From NCBI RefSeq assembly GCF_032062105.1, contig NW_026921633.1, positions 1 through 64,000 of the forward strand: a stretch of DNA of 64,000 nucleotides. The letters are read 5' to 3'. The first letter of the stretch is position 1. Every line of letters starts with the position of its first letter. The stretch comes from Saccostrea cucullata (Eukaryota). The position numbers were made by a program, and so were the translations under genes. Under the pieces are notes generated by a model. The model was not told where the DNA came from and made no database searches. It was given only the letters and a program-made list of their open reading frames with translations. Below are positions 38,164 to 51,400 of this stretch, one piece after another.

Positions 38164-39310
38164 ATGCCAAGAGGCAATCCAGGTGTAGAGCGCAAGGCGA
38201 CAACGTACGCACCAAGATCTAAAAAGAAAACAGCTGTTACAGTAAGAAGTACTCCATTGGAGGCTCAGGAAAGGGACGCGGACCCACCGATGACCTTAAA
38301 TGCTTTGTACTCGGCAATCAACTATGAGGAACTGGCAAAACATATCGCGAGGGAACAGGACAAAGTGAGAGCATCCCAGTCTACAGTCTCGGTTGTCACG
38401 CAAGACACAGTGAACTCCACCACAGCAAACAATGTCAATCAAACTGCCACGCAAAATCCGGATGGATCTCAGACTCCAACTAACGCAGCTAAAGAAAGGG
38501 TTCCTCATGTGCGGTCCAGGCCAGCGTACCTACTTCCAATGCTCAACTCGCCGACGCAACCAAATCAACACCTGAAAACTCGGACAACGTTAACACAATT
38601 TGAGACGCTATTTTTATGCGAGGTGAGTCACTATTACCCCTATTACAATACAAGATAGTATACCATTAGAGGCAACCATATCATCAAATATTAAGAGTAA
38701 AATTTGGTCTAATGAATTTATTGATTTTAAAACATTGCTCCCTAACCAACCTGAAGAGCCTCTTTCCATAACAATTAAAGCTGGCAAAATTGATGTGGAA
38801 CACACTCAAAAACAAAAATCTCCCCTAACCATTAACCAATGGACGGATGCATTTTTCACCTTTGCATGCATTTACCTACAAAAGAATCCTAATGATGCAT
38901 GCCACCTTTTAAAGGATTGCCATACTATTAGAGAGATGAGTAGACTGCATTGGGATGAAGCTTGGAGAATCTATGACGAAACCTTTCGAAAATTGAGGGA
39001 GTCCTCTCATCTTCCCTGGGAACAACCCATTAATGAGCTTAGGTAAAAAGCAGCAGCTATGGGGTCTAAATTCCAACACAAACAAACCAATCAGTTCCGT
39101 GGAAAAAAGAATCCTTTTCGTACCCAACGTGTGTGTTTCGCATACAACAGAGGAGATCAATATAATGCTTCCACATGTAGATATGCCCATGTTTGTCAAG
39201 AATGTTCATACAAGCATCCCCGAACAAAATGCTATGTTAAAGTTAAGACAAAATCTAGTCAATCCCACACCTCTCCCAACCCCAGTAAAACCACTACCAC
39301 TTCAAAATGA
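38164..39310 (+). pseudogene. Ngaro gag-like ORF1
   Basis: KIWSNEFIDFKTLL...INQWTDAFFTFACIY...AWRIYDETFRK, plus Cys/His finger CFAYNRG...CRYAHVCQECSYKHPRTKC. Confidence 0.85.
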
Positions 39311-40829
39311 ATTACAGGGCTATGACAAGGGAAAATCTCAGTATCTAGTAGAAGGATTTACTTTTGGGTTTAGATTAGGTTGTGTTGGTTCCCCTCTTAC
39401 TCATCCCTGCAAAATCATAAATCTACACAGGATCATCCTACAATCATTGATGAACATATTTTAAAGGGTATACAATCTCAAAGAATAGCGGGGCCATTTG
39501 ATGGCCCACCATTCCCAGATTTTATTGCATCACCACTTGGTCTTGTCCCAAAGTCAGATCCAGGAAAATTCAGAATTATCCACGATTTATCCTTTCCTGA
39601 GGGGTACTCTGTGAACTCATTTATTCCTAGGGAGAATTCAGAAGTTCGGTACAACAGATGGGATTATTTCATTGGTACAATTTTTTGGTGAGGGTGCCTT
39701 GATGGCAAAGTCTGACATTAAGGATGCTTTCCACATTGTTCCCATACATCCCTTAGATTATCATTTACTTGGGTTCACTTGGAATAAGAAATTCTATTAT
39801 GATCGTTGTCTTCCATTTTGCGTAGTTCTTTCAAAATATTTGAGGAACTTAGTCAGGCCTTGGTATGGATAATGTATAATAAATATCATGCTTCTGGAAT
39901 ATCTCATATTCTTGATGATTTCTTCTTTATTGCATCTAGTGCTTCAAAGTGAAGTGAAGATCTAGCCCGTTTCCTCTTCTTATGTTAAAAAATCAATATA
40001 CCCATTAACATGGAAAAGACTGTGGCACCTACAACTAGGTTGACCATATATGGTATTGAGGTTGATTCCATTGCCATGGAATGCAGATTACCACATGAAA
40101 AAGTTGCAAAGATACGTGATAAACTTAGTGGCTTTTTTAAAAAGAAAAAAGTACAATAACGAGAATTACAGTCCTTCATAGGTTTGTTAAATTTTGCTTG
40201 TTCAGTTGTTGTACCGGGGAGGGCTTTCTTGCGTAGACTTATTGACCTTACTTGTGGCATCTCAAAACCGTACTACTGGGTACGTCTCACAAAAGAAACA
40301 AGGGCTGACTTAAACATGTGGTTGCAGTTCGTATTGCACTTCCATGGAAAATCAATTTTTTCTTGCCGAAAATTGGGATTCTTCTGAATTAATCAGTTTA
40401 TACACAGATGCATCAGGGTCTATTGTTTTTGCGGCTGTACTAGGAGAACATTGGTTTGCTCAACAATGGTTAGATGAATTATATCCCTTTCGAATTGCTA
40501 TCAAAGAATTATTCCCCATTGTACTGGCGTTAGAAATATGGGGCAGTCAACTGCAGAACAAACGTATACTATTTCTAACAGATAACATGGCTATTGGTCA
40601 AGTCAAAAATAAACAGTCAAGTAAATATAAAACTATTATGAGACTTGTAAAAAGACTTGTTCTTGCTTGTCTTTATAACAACATACATTTCAAAGCAAAA
40701 CATATCAAGGGCAAGTTGAATGTCATTGCAGACAAGTTATCCCGGTTCCAATTTCAGGCAGCCCGGCAGTTGGCACCACATCTGGTGGAAGATCAAACAC
40801 CCATACCAGACTGTCTGCTGCCCATTTGA
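39265..40829 (+). pseudogene. Reverse transcriptase and RNase H
   Basis: LPTPVK...GFTFGFRLG; SPLGLVPK...FRIIHDLS; MAKSDIKDAF; HILDDFF; RNase H YTDASG...ELFPI...TDNMA...NVIADKLSR. Confidence 0.92.
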
Positions 40830-41642
40830 CCAGTGAGGCACAATCTCTACTATCTGCATCATTATCATCTTCCACGCAAGAAGCATACAGAAGATCATGA
40901 CAGCTCCTTCAATCATTTCAAGCTAGTACATCATTACCATTACAGGTGTTAGATATTTGCAACTTCATTGCTCATCTTCAGCACTAAGCTATGTTCACAA
41001 GCTACTTGGTTTACCTGACCCTACAGAAATGTTTATTGTCAAAAAAATATTAAGGGGTTGTCACAAATTGTCTCACGCTGCAGATTCACGCCTTCCAATT
41101 ACTATAGATATTTTAGAACAAATTATTAAGGCTCTGCCAATTACTGTCCCTGTTTTGGACCATCATATCATGTTAAAAGCCCTTTTCTTACTCTGTTTTC
41201 ATGCATTCCTTAGGATGGGTGAGGTCACTGTGAAGCAGGGTGCTGCCCACAACAAGGTCATTCAGATGCAAGATATAACATTTCAATTCAAAAGTCAAAA
41301 GCCCTGCAGTGTTCAGTTAGTTTTGCGTCACTTTAAAACTCAAAAGATGAATGAGCCTATATGTTTATCAGCCTCGATATTCACATCGCTCAGGCCCACT
41401 TTTTCAGTTTCAAGATGGCACACCACTTTCATTTATTATGCTTCCAAGCAACTTGCAGCCTCAGTAAAATTAACAGGTCTGAATCCAGCATTATACAAAG
41501 GTCATAGTTTCCGAATTGGAGCTGCAACTTATGCTGCTCCGAAAGGGTACTCCGAGAATAACATTTGTATATACAGCAACTGGGTCGTTGGTACTCTAAT
41601 GCTTTGAAGCGTTATATTCGAATCCTTGATTTCTCTGTTTGA
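40830..41642 (+). pseudogene. Tyrosine recombinase with internal deletions
   Basis: FHAFLRMGE (R) and GHSFRIGAAT (HxxR). In a shifted frame: LGRWYSNALKRYIR (W, Y). Confidence 0.92.
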
Positions 41643-41679
41643 TAGCCTTGTCCGTAGTTACTACCCAATCTAATACCTG

Positions 41680-42100
41680 ATAATAGGTCAGTATTTTACT
41701 GCTATCTTACTAAAAAGCAATATACTAGCTAGTACATGTATGAAATAATGGTATGCACAACTTGATTGTACAGGACAGTCTATAACTGCTGCTAGAAATG
41801 TCACATAGCACCATGCATGATTCCCTACCGCGGTTTATTTTTCTTGTTTTTTTTCTACACTCAGAGCAGTGTTTAACTGCTGTATTCATCACTCTAATGG
41901 TCATGATATTTATAATATGATAGGAAATATTCAGGTCAGTGTTTTACTGCTGTAGCCATTATTACCTAGGGTATATTCAGTGTCAAAGTAAATTGAATGC
42001 TACTGGTCAGTGTTTAACTGCTGTAACCACATTCACAGTGTAATATTATTATGGTCAAATTAAAATTTGGTTCCTTAAGGTCAGTGTTTAACTGCAAAAA
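41680..42100 (+). repeat. Dispersed ggtcagtgtttaactgctg motif repeats in the element's 3' region
   Basis: About 6 copies at ~41686, 41775, 41867, 41934, 42005 and 42079. Confidence 0.65.
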
Positions 42101-43368
42101 CAACCTATAGTAAAAATTAAAGGTCTTCTATTAATGTGCTGGCTCACCAATTAATTAAGTACATTTTTCAAAAAAAGAAAATTTCAGTTCGCTTTATCTA
42201 TTCTCAAAGTTTATTATGTTAATGAATTGCAGCTCACCTTGGATGGCGTGGGATATATTCTGATGATCATATCTTTGTCCGTATTTGTCGCCATCTTTTG
42301 CTTTTTGTAAGCCGTATGTAATTTTTATGAAGTTTATGTTGTATCTAGTCAGAACTAAAGTTTTCTTTGTGACCTATTTTCTATGGGGGAAATCAGAACG
42401 TATGTGTTCATATCTTGTGAAATGTATATATTTATATGTGCGTGCAAAATGTTTGTTTAGTTTTTTGCTGATTTCCCCCCTTGTTTGTAAAACTTAATTT
42501 TTCGTCATTTACTATTGAAATGACATTTTCATTCTCAAAGACATTTGTCCTGTCGTATTTGAAACAGAAATCTGTGCAAAACAAAGCTGCGGTGAGCTGT
42601 TTGTATCTAGGAAATAGTGAGAGACATACAGATTATTCTGTGTGAGTCCATGTCTTAAATTTCAAGTTTTAAAGTGTCTTTCATAATTATTCTTTGAGAG
42701 CACGCTCCAAAGAGTTCTGAATATGTTTTTACTGATAGACTCGCTCAGTACGTTAAACTTCGTACATGTATTTGCGCATTGTCAAATAATTGTGCGTATT
42801 TTGAGACAGTCTGTATGAATTAGCATGTCACCTGGGACGCTAAGTTAAAGTAATTGAAATAATTCGATGAACGTCGCAGTTTCATTAAGAAATTCCAACA
42901 GGAAAAGTTATTCCGGAAAGCTGTAAATACATGATATTTACAAAGGGCATTGGATAAAACAGTTCTGAGAATACATAATGATAATATATAACCACAACTA
43001 AGAAATCGGAATTTTTATACGTAGACTGCATTTGGTTTTCACCTTGTTGAATATAGTTCTGTTCATTATTTCCGGTAGAAAAAAAAGCACGTAAACATTG
43101 TTAATTGTACACATTCGGGCGGCTAACCTAAGTCCTTGGCTGACTACGGTGCCCTACATCAAATATTGTACACCAATTGATTTTGGAAAACATTTGTGTT
43201 TTCGTATGTACATGTACATGAAAATAAGAGATAACTTGAACATTAACAGGACATGGATTGACCTGATTAACAGTTCTAAAATTTATATACTAAGTATTAT
43301 AATATAATCAATTCACTTAAACATTTGAAGTGATGAACATTACAAATGTATATTCATTGTATTTTTAG

Positions 43369-43819
43369 CATATCATTCAGTTCTTAGAAAAGCTAGATAA
43401 AAAAATTGATGATCTGGCTCAGGAAGTAAAATCCCTGAAGGAGGAAGTGCGAGGCAAAAAGAAAGACACAAGTAGGAGTGCTGCCACCCAGAATTTGCCT
43501 GTTCCACCCAGAATCAGAGAATGTTTGCTCAACACACAAGTATAACAACTTATATATTAAAGGAAAAATTAACCGAATATTTATTACCTTTCAGAATCAT
43601 AGCATTCAAGAGGATATTTTATCATTTAAGTTTTGATGATTTATAACGTCAGTTACATTAACTAATTATAGTTTCTTAAACACTGGACACTTTTCTAGTA
43701 TCATTTTATAACTTACTTACTTATATGAATAAACAGACGGCTGTCCATGATGCCTATAGGCATGTCGTAGAAGATGGGAGTGCAGAATGGCAGACAAAGA
43801 ATGAAGAAAAGAAAACGAA
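43369..43819 (+). pseudogene. Two small exons of an unidentified coiled-coil protein
   Basis: After ttttag: HIIQFLEKLDKKIDDLAQEVKSLKEEVRGKKK...VPPRIR. After cag: TAVHDAYRHVVEDGSAEWQ...|gtaag. Confidence 0.4.
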
Positions 43820-44221
43820 GTAAGCAATTGATTTATTGATAAAAATTTATTCAGGAAATATGGTATTTTCTATTAAATACTCAAAAGCCAAATCAATGCA
43901 GGTTTGCTATCTTAGTACTTGATTGATATAAATAATTTTCATAATGTGGCTTAATTGTTTTAAACTAAATATGCTACATACATATTATGTTGTTTATGAA
44001 CCTAATTTCTTCTTGAATATTTTTCAATTTTTGTTACAGTTACACAAAACAAACATAAACAAGATATATTAAATGATTTTTTTTTCTAAATCTGTTCAAA
44101 TATGATACACATACATTATGACTACATACATGAATGTCATTTTGAAGGATATTATCAGAAGTAAACAAACCAACAACAGAGTCTGTAAAGTCCTTTGTTA
44201 AAGGACTCTATCCTTACTCTA

Positions 44222-45310
44222 AGGAAAATTACATTGGAGAGGAAAGAATATATGTTTCTCTTTCCTTGAGTGATGCACATAGACATAACATTTGTCCGCA
44301 GTCTTCCCTTGGAAAAATATTAAATGAAAAAGTAAAGAGTTAAAATTTATGAAAATGTCAGGTCTGAAATCACTAACGTCACCATTGTAAAAAAAAAATG
44401 AGATCATTTATTGAGGCAGAATTTAGGAATAAGGAAATTGGACCATCAATATACGACAGAGCATTCTATCCCTTTGCAAAATACATTAAAAATCATATTC
44501 ACAAAGCAGTTGCGGCTGGTAAACTTTCGGTATTAGACCAGGAAAATTGAAGAACAAAAGTCGATGAGTGGAAGAAGGATATGGAAATAACGAACAGTAT
44601 TCAATCTCAACGTCCATTAAACAAATATACAAAATAAGAGCAGAGCAAACACGGACCTCCGAAACATCAGAGGTGGGATCAGGTGCCATGGAGGAGTGAG
44701 CATCCCCTGCCAACCGGTCACACCCGCCGTGTGCTCGTTGTCATAATCAGGAAATAACGGAAGAAAGGAGGAAGACTGCCCTCGCCATTTCTGCTTTCGT
44801 CCAGTCACGGAGGAACCTGCTGATGCAACTGGAGATATTTTTTTTATTCAAACATCAGGAGGTGTGGCAGAGGAGACTAATGAACATGTATGGAAATACA
44901 GTATCCCTCCAAGATGCCATATATTGAACAAAATATAACCTTGTCATTTTTATGGTTGTAGTAAGGACAATTGTTGAATACATCCCTGTCGCAGAGTTTG
45001 AGACAGAGGATGAGACTTCTGAAAGCATCCAAGAGGCCCTACGTATCTTAAAAGGGTGGAATCCAGACTGGTGCCCCGATTACATAATGCTTGACTACAT
45101 TGAGGCAGAAATTAACGCAGTCAAAGCTGAGTTTGAAACTTCCAAAGTTCTCTTGTGTAACAAGCCTGCATTGAAAAGATGGTCAAGAAGTGGTAAAAAA
45201 AATTATAACTTTGTTATATACCACTACATTTATAACTTTGAAAGAAAAGTGAAACTTCAGAAAGATACAATTACATTAAATTTGATGTCACACTCTGTGA
45301 TTAATTGAAA
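44222..45310 (+). pseudogene. MULE transposase relic, copy A (CaRF-like domain plus DDE domain), split by a Penelope-like tail
   Basis: MVVVRTIVEYIPVAEFETEDETSESIQEAL...WNPDWCPDYIMLDYIEAEINAVKAEF...LLC. Homologous to 47607-48620 and 52303-53945. Confidence 0.82.
44573..44765 (-). mobile_element. Penelope-like 3' tail only
   Basis: Matches 9137-9325. The empty site gagtggaagg(a/t)ggaagactg is seen in the paralogues at ~48137 and ~53507. Confidence 0.88.
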
Positions 45311-45405
45311 TATGAGATAATCAAATAGAGGAAATTGCTTTAAAATATGTAATTATGAATAAATAAAATTGATAAATTGAAAATTGGCTAAAACCAAATC
45401 ATTTA

Positions 45406-46487
45406 AAACTAGAAAACTGACCCGTCAGCAAGGGCCCCGCCATGGGATAGCATTACAAGGGTGCAACTTACGGAATGATTAAAAAATTTACGAAGAATAA
45501 CAACAGCAACTGTATTCTTAAAATTTCAAGATACATGTAATTCCTGGATACTCAAAAACCTGTAAATAATATCCTTGTATTTACATTAGGCAGTAAAGAA
45601 CAACTTAACATTGAATATATATTTAAACAATAATGAAGCTTATCTTAATATTATAAAATTCCAGCCTTCAATGAATGCAAATATCATTAACTTCAAACAA
45701 ACAGCAGTTGCAGACAAAGGTTTTCATTAATCTTAAAGTGACAGATAAAGAAAAGCCTCCTAAATTTTCCGCAGCAGGCTGATAATTAATCCCAAGGGAT
45801 TAACTGTACCTCTCTCATCATTTTCTTCTAAAGTTACAATAAGAACTTTTTCAGTATTAATGATAGAATGGGGTTTTTATACAACTACCTTGAAAATTAA
45901 TAATATTCTTGAATTTACATAAAGGGAAAAAAAGTAAAATAAAAAATAAATCTTCTTGAATCTATTTCTTGTTTTTAGAATTCTATGAAATAATAACTAT
46001 TTTAACAGAAATAAAGTATAAACATTTATATTAAAATCCACAGTGTTCATAACATTCCAAATTGACTTAACTTCAAAACAAACTTCATTTGCAGACAGAG
46101 GTGGTAATTCATCTCAATGTGACAGATAAAGATAATGCTCTGGATTTTCTTCGGGAGGAAAGCTTATTAATCCCAAGGGACTCATAGCAGCATTCAGTTT
46201 ACAATGGGAACATCTTCAACAGTTATCTCTCTTTGACAATGCATTCTTATATAAAGTTAGGGAATCTACCCCACCACCCCAGCTCCAAACCAGGGGACAT
46301 ACAGAAACAAACTCAGCATCAAAATATGTCTTTCTGCCTATTGAACTACCATACCAAATTTGATCTTAATTGGGCAACCACAAAAAAAATATTAGGAAAA
46401 AAAAGAAAATTTGTGGACGGAAGAATGACAGACGGACAGACAGAGTGATTACTATAGGGCACCCGCAAATATCTGCGGGGCCCTAAT
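45406..46487 (+). mobile_element. HINE-type non-autonomous element
   Basis: Subterminal IR agggccccgc (45431-45440) / gcggggccct (46475-46484). (gaca/gacg)n tract and terminal hairpin. Confidence 0.8.
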
Positions 46488-46749
46488 GATCTCAGCTTAG
46501 TCTTTTCTTGGACAATGACCAACACTTGTCAAAATGTAATAAACATTGGCATTATATTTGCATTTAATTCTCAAAATCCTTTTGATTATTGGCAAAAAAA
46601 AGAAACATTGAAGACATAAACAAAATGCATTTTTGGTGATATTATTAATTACTAATAAGAAAAAAAGTACAAACAGCACCTCTATTATTTAAGTATTTTT
46701 CATTAAAATAAAAAAACATAAGTCTCTGTCGAGACTGAAGCTCTACTGA

Positions 46750-47000
46750 AACAGATTAAATGAAAAAGTAAAGAGTAAAATTTATAAAAATGTAAGGTCT
46801 GGAATCACTGACGTCACCATTGTAAAAAAAAGAGATCGTATTTGTTTAGGCAGAATTTAGAAATAAGGAAATTAAACCATCAATATACGACAGAACATTC
46901 TATCCCCTTGCAAAAGACATTAAAAATCATATTCACAAAGCTGTTGCGGCTGGTAAACTTTCGGTACTAGACCAGGAGAGCAAAAGTCGATGAGTAGAAG
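46750..47000 (+). pseudogene. MULE transposase relic, copy B (partial)
   Basis: Collinear with 47893-48150. Preceded by a 156-HINE 5' end fragment at 46718-46749. Confidence 0.8.
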
Positions 47001-47606
47001 AAGAAGAAAGACTGATTTACAGTAGTTGGCTAGATAAAAATGTCCTATTGTTAAAATGTCAAATATTCCATAGTTACTTCAATCTAAAACCAGTTCTTCA
47101 TTGATTCTTATATATGTAAGTCTGATTATTTAATTTAAAATATTTTTTGTAGATCACAATTAATGGGTAAAATGGAACCAACTCTGCCAACCATTAAATC
47201 TGGAGAAATAATCAAAAAGTCCTACTTAATATTAGCTGATACCTCTGACGCAATGCAAGTCTTAATCTCCCCATCCCCATCCCCCTTCAGAATCCAATTT
47301 TTGCTCCTATTCATGAACGTTATACTAAAATATGTATGTATATGAATATTATGCACTCGACCATACATTCATCACTTTTCCTTGGTCATAAGCCCTTTGA
47401 CTTCTCTAAATAATGCAAATTCCCTATGTTTACCTCGTTCTTTCGAGGAGTTCCTTATACAAAAAAATGAATTAATCAGGATAGAACAAAGAAAATTTGC
47501 AGGTTCCAAGAACTTCACTTTATTCAAATTTTATTGTACTTTTGTAAATGAATTGATAAATTGCTCCAGAATAATTATTTATATTGATTTTGTATCTTTT
47601 TATTAG

Positions 47607-48620
47607 GCAGTACCCGCATAATTATGCTAAAGGTCAGCGGTTTAGCTTGCAACCATCCAGGGAAATTGGGTGTACTGGACAGATTGTCATCAAACACGTG
47701 AATGTTCATAGGGATGATGAGTACTTTGCTCAAGGCCTTCCCGAGTCCAGTAGAAAGAGGGACGAAATCTTGCGCACTGTTTCATCATGGATGCAGGAAG
47801 GTGAAAATAACATTGGAGAGGAAAAAATATATGTTTCTCTTCCCTTGAGTGATGCACATAGACACAACATTTGTCCGCAGTCTTCCCTTAGAAACAGATT
47901 AAATGAAAAAGTAAAGAGTAAAATTTATAAAAATTATCAGGTCTGGAAGCACTAACGTCACCACTGTAAAAAACATTTGAGATCATTTGTTTAGGCAGGA
48001 TTTAGAAATAAGGAAATTAAACCATCAATATACGACAGAACATTCCATCCCTTGCAAAATACATTAAAAATTATATTCACAAAGCAGTTGCGGCTGGTAA
48101 ACTTTCGGTACTAGACCAGGTGAGCAAAGGTCGATGAGTGGAAGGTGGAAGACTGCCCTCGCCATTTCTACCTTCGTCCAGCGACATCCTTCCTAAATGC
48201 CACCTACTGAACAACAAAATACAACCTTCCCCTTTTTAAGGTTGTAGTAAGGACAAATGTGGAGTACATCCCTGTCGCATCCAGGAGGCCCTACATATCT
48301 TAAAAGGCTAGAATCCAGACCGGTGCCCCGATTACATAATGCTGGACTACATTGAGGCAGTAAATAAAGATGTCAAAGCTGAGTTTGCAACATCCAAAGT
48401 TCTCTTGAGTGCATTTCACAGGGAACAAGCCTGCATGGGAAAGACGGTCAAGAAGTGTTAAAAAAAATTATAAGTTTGTCAATACCACTTCATTTATAAA
48501 TAACTTTGGGGGGAAAAACCTAATATAGATACAATTACAATGAATTTTATAAAACACTCTGTGATTAATTAATTGAATTATGAGATAATCAAGTAGAGGA
48601 GATTGCTTTAAAATATGTCT
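47607..48620 (+). pseudogene. MULE transposase relic, copy C
   Basis: QRFSLQPSREIGCTGQIVIKHV...IYVSLPLSDAHRHNICPQ...TTKYNLPLF...LLSAFHREQA. Confidence 0.82.
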
Positions 48621-49659
48621 AGTCATATGTCATATTAACTGTAATATGTGTGATTCCTTCTTTAGTCATATTTTGTCTTGTGCTAGAATCACGATCATCA
48701 TCATTATTTCCATTCCAGGGCTTTTGTTTTTTTATGCCATTTGTAGACACATTTTATAACCTCTGCTAACATTTTCATCATTACATGTATTAATACGTTT
48801 AAAACCATAGCACTTAAAGCATTATCTTATATTAAAACACATTTCATCATGCACTTTTTTCATTTTTAATGTTTTTTTCCTCACATACATGTAATAAAAG
48901 ACGGTCTCATCATATTTTTTATAACAAATAAGAGAATAGTGAAAAAACATATGATTTTTTAGCGTTCTTGATACTGGTTAATATTCTTGATAATGACGTA
49001 TGAAATTCTTTTAAAGATAAATGTAAATGTTTTTTAATGTTAAAAATGTTTGTCTTTGCTCACATTATTAATCATGTGTTGTAGATTCCCCTGGCCCAAA
49101 GAGCCACACAGTGTCAAGAGACAGTGATCTACATGTAGATTCCCCGACACATTTGGTTAAAGAAACTGGTATGTATAGGCACTTATTTATTAAGGACATA
49201 CGAGACGTTCCTTAATAATAGATATATTTTTCTAAGAGTTCGTCTTTGAAGTATTGCTGCTTAAACATGCTTACTTACGGTGGTGTCCAAGCCAGCAGTG
49301 GTCCAGTCAATGGTCTCCAAGCCAATGGTGTCTTTACTGTTAGTGGCTTAGCCAGTGGTGCCCTTGCCTTTAGTGTCCTAGCCAGTGGTGTCCTTGCCTG
49401 TTGTGGCTGAACTGTGGTGTCCTTGCATAAGGTGGCCGAGTCAGTGGTGGCTGAGCCTGTACTATCTGAGTCTTTAACTCCACCAGAAACCAGAAAGACG
49501 AAATTTACCCCATTTCTTAAACCAGGTGTACAAGGTGATTAAATTGAGGACAATTTAAATTCCTTAATATTTACTTTAACATGTTTAAAACTTTAAATAT
49601 ATTATACATTTTAAATAAAAATTAAGCAAGCTAATTAAGATGAAATTTTTTTCAAGACT

Positions 49660-51400
49660 ATCCTATCATTGAGACCTGGAAGGCAAGTCTACCACCAGAG
49701 GATATTCCTTGGATATCCAAAGCTTTGTTCTCCTCAACCCCCACTTGAATCAAATCAGAAGCCTAAGCCAGAGATGTACTTTGGTCACCGACTCCTAATG
49801 TGGATGCCTCTGCGGATGTTTAAAGTGCAGCTGAAGAGCCCCAACTGCAAGAAAACTGAGCTGACCAAACAGGGACCTTATGGAAATACCCGCCTTGTTT
49901 TAGATGTGGATAGGTATTACATTCTTGCCGCTGAGTATTTCCACTGTTCCTTGTGCAAGAAGAACCAGATCAGCTGGAACCTTCAACCGATGCATTTTAG
50001 ATCCACTGGATCCCAGCATTAGAAATAAAATTCCAGTCCATGTTTTATACAAGACAGCATGTGCCCAACGAGTAATTTCCATGATACATCAGCGGGGTTT
50101 AGGTAAAAATTTTCAGTCATATGTAAATACTTTCAAGATTTCCCTTTTAAAGATTTGGCTTGTTTACGTGACCTCAGTTTATTGATTTTCTTTTCATAGT
50201 CATTTTTCTTTTGTTAACCTTTTCAAGTAAACAGCCGCCCAACTCAACTACAGAAGCAGATAACTGAACTTCTCAACACAGTTTCGGCCTCAAACATGGT
50301 GCAGTGCTTACAGGACTGCAATATATTTGCAGCGACAGTCAGATCCAGACTGATTTCTGCGTGTACTATTGATGAGCCACCAAAACATTTCCCTGTGCTA
50401 ACGTACCAGTGGTTCATTAATGTGTACTGCCAGGAAGTGACCGGGCGATTTGATTGAGACAAGGCTGCCATAACATCTTTCTTTGGCAGAGTTCTCAAGA
50501 TGGAATCTACCAAAACAGTAAGTATAGTTTGAAAAGTACTATTTAGTTTAGTTTTTCATTTAATTTGTATATGTTAAATAATGATATCGTATATTTTACG
50601 TGTTTACTTAAAAGAATCCATGTTTTTTCAACTTGCAGGTGACTAAGAAACTGGCTGGTCAGGCAGCACGAACCGCAATTTGGGCATCAAACATCAGCAT
50701 TGAGTTTGGTCAGGTCTTCCAAAGTGTGCTGACGTCTGGGGAGGGAGTTGGTTTGGAGTCAATTGTTGTTAGCATTGTAAGGAGGTATCGAGAAGCAGGA
50801 GTACCACCTCCGGTTCTACTTTATGTTGACAGTTATTGCTGCGGAGCCTTCAAGCTAATGGACATCTTCAGGGATGCCTGGCCAGACCTCGCCCTTCGTC
50901 TTGGCGTGTGGCATTTCATGCGTCGCCTGACTGTCGGAATAACAACTGACACTCGTCGGCTGTATGGGACTTTCATGGGTCAGTTGTTCCTTGCCGGATA
51001 AGGATGACCTTTCCTTACTAAAGGCAGCCTAGCATGATGAGATGGTGGCTAACAATATCAGCGATCCTACTGCAGAAAAGACGTCATAAACACACTGACA
51101 AGGAACGAGATGGCCTTTCACTGTCGTCTATCCACAAGAGGAACAGAAGAGACCATTGCCATGATCCATATGCTCCTAGAGATGTTTGATACTGAACAAG
51201 GCCAAGACACCATGGGCGTACCATTGATGCACCATGAGCGTATCTGGGAGATCTGGAGAGTGCAGAAGAATCATGTCGTCTGTCTTCGACCAGGCACTCT
51301 CTAGGTTGCAGCCCAGAGTTTACCATCTGCAATACAGAAACCAGACACCCTTCAAGCCGGTACCACTGAACCTCATGGCTTCACCGTGATGAACAGTACA
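49660..51400 (+). pseudogene. Spliced DUF6729-like DDE transposase relic (MULE/KDZ-related)
   Basis: YFGHRLLMWMPLRMFKVQL...RLVLDVDRYYILAAEYFHCSLC; GRVLKMESTK|VTKKLAG...EFGQVFQSVLTSGEG...PPVLLYVDSYCCG...LRLGVWHFMRR. GT-AG introns present. Confidence 0.65.

Larger units (their letters stand above)
38164..41642 (+). mobile_element. Decayed DIRS-order tyrosine-recombinase retrotransposon, Ngaro-type
   Basis: gag, RT, RNase H and YR lie in overlapping frames on one strand. No methyltransferase after RNase H. Many frameshifts. Confidence 0.92.

Noticed and set aside
34800-42500. Split direct repeats or ITR/ICR termini of the YR retrotransposon
   Set aside because: I found no matching repeats by eye, so element boundaries are left undefined; a self dot-plot is needed.
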